Shown here in pieces: positions 61,961-64,000 of a stretch of 64,000 nucleotides of DNA. How positions within the stretch are numbered: the first letter of the stretch is position 1; every line of letters begins with the position of its first letter. The notes under the pieces were generated by a model. The model saw nothing but the letters and a program-made list of their open reading frames with translations. It searched no databases and had not been told where the DNA came from. The stretch comes from Lama glama (taxonomy: Eukaryota): assembly GCA_028534125.1 (NCBI GenBank), contig CM052832.1, positions 19,904,001-19,968,000 of the forward strand, given 5' to 3'. The position numbers were made by a program, and so were the translations under genes.

Positions 61961-63509
61961 AAACGAATGGGCACATAAAAGACAGAAGTATCCAGTCTTC
62001 TTCATTACTTCTCTTAAAATAATGCTTGTCTTGTGTGTTTAATCAATGTTTTATGGAGAAGTACAAGGTGGTCATTGATATGTGGAAAATACGTGTTTTG
62101 GAGCAAGTCCTGATGGAAAGATTAGAAGTAAAACTTTCATGCTCTCATTAAAGTCACTTGGGTGGAAAAGTACATTTTAAAACATCACTATCTCCTGGAT
62201 GCTTTGGGTTTCTCAATTCACTTGGCATTACCACGTTACAACATCATGAATCTTGTCAGAAGAGCAGTGTTTGTAAGTGTCCAAGGAAGTATGAGTGAGA
62301 TGCACACACACACACATTTTCTATAGTCTAAGAGTTCCTTTTTCATCTATGCCACTTTCAACCACTATTTTTTATTTTCTTTAGAGTAGTTGTGTTAGTT
62401 TTTTATTGTATATGAATTGAGTTATGAAGATGTAATCGTGTATTTATAAGGATGATGTGAGTATAGCTGTATGTAAAAATCTTGGAAATAATTTCTTTGG
62501 GAATGTGGTAGTTACAACATATTAAGCCTTTCAAATGCATTTGCTTTATTTTTAAAGATTTCCTGTTATATTAAATTCCTTAGGTAAGTTTGTAAAACCA
62601 TTTATAATGAAATAAGTGCATTTTAGTGGTTGTTGATGGGTGGCAACAACCATTTAATTTAATGTAATAAGCTGTGCCTATTTAATCTTTTCTGTATCTA
62701 TTTGATATCATTGATAACAATTCATTCTGGAAGTTCAGAAATAGAAATGAATCATTAGGGTAACGTGTCCTTTTCTGCTTTCTCTATGCCCAATACACAT
62801 ACTTTGTCCACTCTTGGTTCAAGAACTTTAGTGTTGGTTCATCCATCATATTCTGTGGGAAAGTAGTCCATGCACTAATAGCTCTCAGGGTCTAGATAAT
62901 TTCTTTTCTAATAATACTAGAAATTAGTAGTTAATGTATACAACAAAATATGTTGGTTGAAGTTTGGACAAAATAGTGTCTAGGGGAATAAATATAAAGT
63001 ACATTTTTGGATTTATAAGATATTTCTGAATACCTAAAAGAACTATGGCAGTATACTTTAAATTATTTCATTAACATGATGTCTTATTGAGAATTAGATC
63101 CTTAAACTCAATTTTATTGTATATATTTGCTTTTTTACTCAGAGTATCATATCTCCTATCAGTCACCTGGTGAGGTATAAGTTTAAAAGATCACATTAGG
63201 GACCCTGCATCATTCTGCCTTCTTACATCTCTCTTTACACATGTGGCACTTTTGGATAGAAATATTGGCTTTTTTTTCTATGTATTTATTTGTATTTGTC
63301 CTATCTTTGACATCAAACATTAATCACTACAAGGGTCACCCTCTCATGTTAAATAGCACAATTAGGAAAATTTTTCTTTCTCATACAAATGTAACTCACC
63401 TTAATAAAATCTAAATGGAAACAAGTACACTGAACCAAAAATAAATTTGGGACATTCAAGATGATTTATTGTCTTGCATGCTGCTTTGCATTCTTTTTGG
63501 AAAGCAATT

Positions 63510-63730
63510 GTACTGTAGGGTTAAAAAGTTCTACGTCTGCAGCTAGAGTCCTTAGGTTCAAGTCCACTCATGTGTCCTTTGGAAAGCTAAGTATTGTGTC
63601 CAAGTTTCCTTATCTATAAACGGGAGCAAAAATTTCTGGTAAATCATAGAGTTTTTAATAAGTATTATATGAGATATTGCACTTAGAACCCTTATTAGAG
63701 TATCTTGCTCATAGTTGGCATTCAATTATT
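63510..63730 (+). mobile_element. MIR SINE
   Basis: tagggttaaaaag...taggttcaagtcc; agtttccttatctataaacggg; tatgagatattgcacttagaac. Confidence 0.7.
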
Positions 63731-63819
63731 TTTTTGAAAAATCAAGAAAGAATAATGAAATAATGAATTGTTAGTAATAGACATGGAGGTGTCCCCTTCA
63801 AGGCAGGACTTCCTGGCCT

Positions 63820-64000
63820 CTGTAATTGTGGTCAGAAGTCTGCATTTGGCTGGCAGTATCTGCTGAGATTGCTTTACTGCAGAGAAATACCTCCTTCAAG
63901 ATCACACCCTTTGGGATGTTACTGTCTTGATTAGATGCATGGATTAACCAAGGACATGGAAAGGGTTGCAGAGCATCTTAGGGCATGTGAGTGTCCTACA
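63820..64000 (+). mobile_element. ERVL LTR16-like fragment, runs off the window
   Basis: ctgcagagaaatacctccttcaagatcacaccctt resembles LTR16 ctgcagagagccgcctcgcccaaggtcacgcccc. Confidence 0.5.

Noticed and set aside
1..64000. Prokaryotic-type systems (CRISPR array, operons, defence islands, phage)
   Set aside because: Sequence is mammalian and repeat-rich; there is no repeat-spacer array and no long ORF

Overview
This is mammalian nuclear DNA, not prokaryotic. It is AT-rich, CpG-depleted and dominated by interspersed repeats, so it reads as a long intron or gene desert. Two tRNA-Ala-derived SINEs resembling the camelid Vic-1 family, plus short young L1 3' ends, suggest a camelid genome (camel/alpaca/llama); this is an inference. 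Recognisable elements are MIR and L2 fossils, several L1 fragments, MaLR/ERVL solo LTRs, hAT and Tigger DNA transposons, a CR1/L3 remnant, a very old RTE-X/L4-like reverse-transcriptase fossil, microsatellites, and a 500-N scaffold gap at 43119-43618. I cannot name any gene, and most listed ORFs are chance or repeat-derived. I found no CRISPR array, rRNA or true tRNA gene, and no demonstrably new biological system. The best leads are a candidate + strand terminal coding exon (9553-9788), a frame-compatible chain of minus-strand candidate exons, an inverted SINE pair, inverted L1 ends bracketing a unique block, a CCAAT/TATA cluster, and several repeat-free TAAT-rich blocks that may be conserved enhancers. 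Repeat names come from remembered consensus sequences, and boundaries are approximate.
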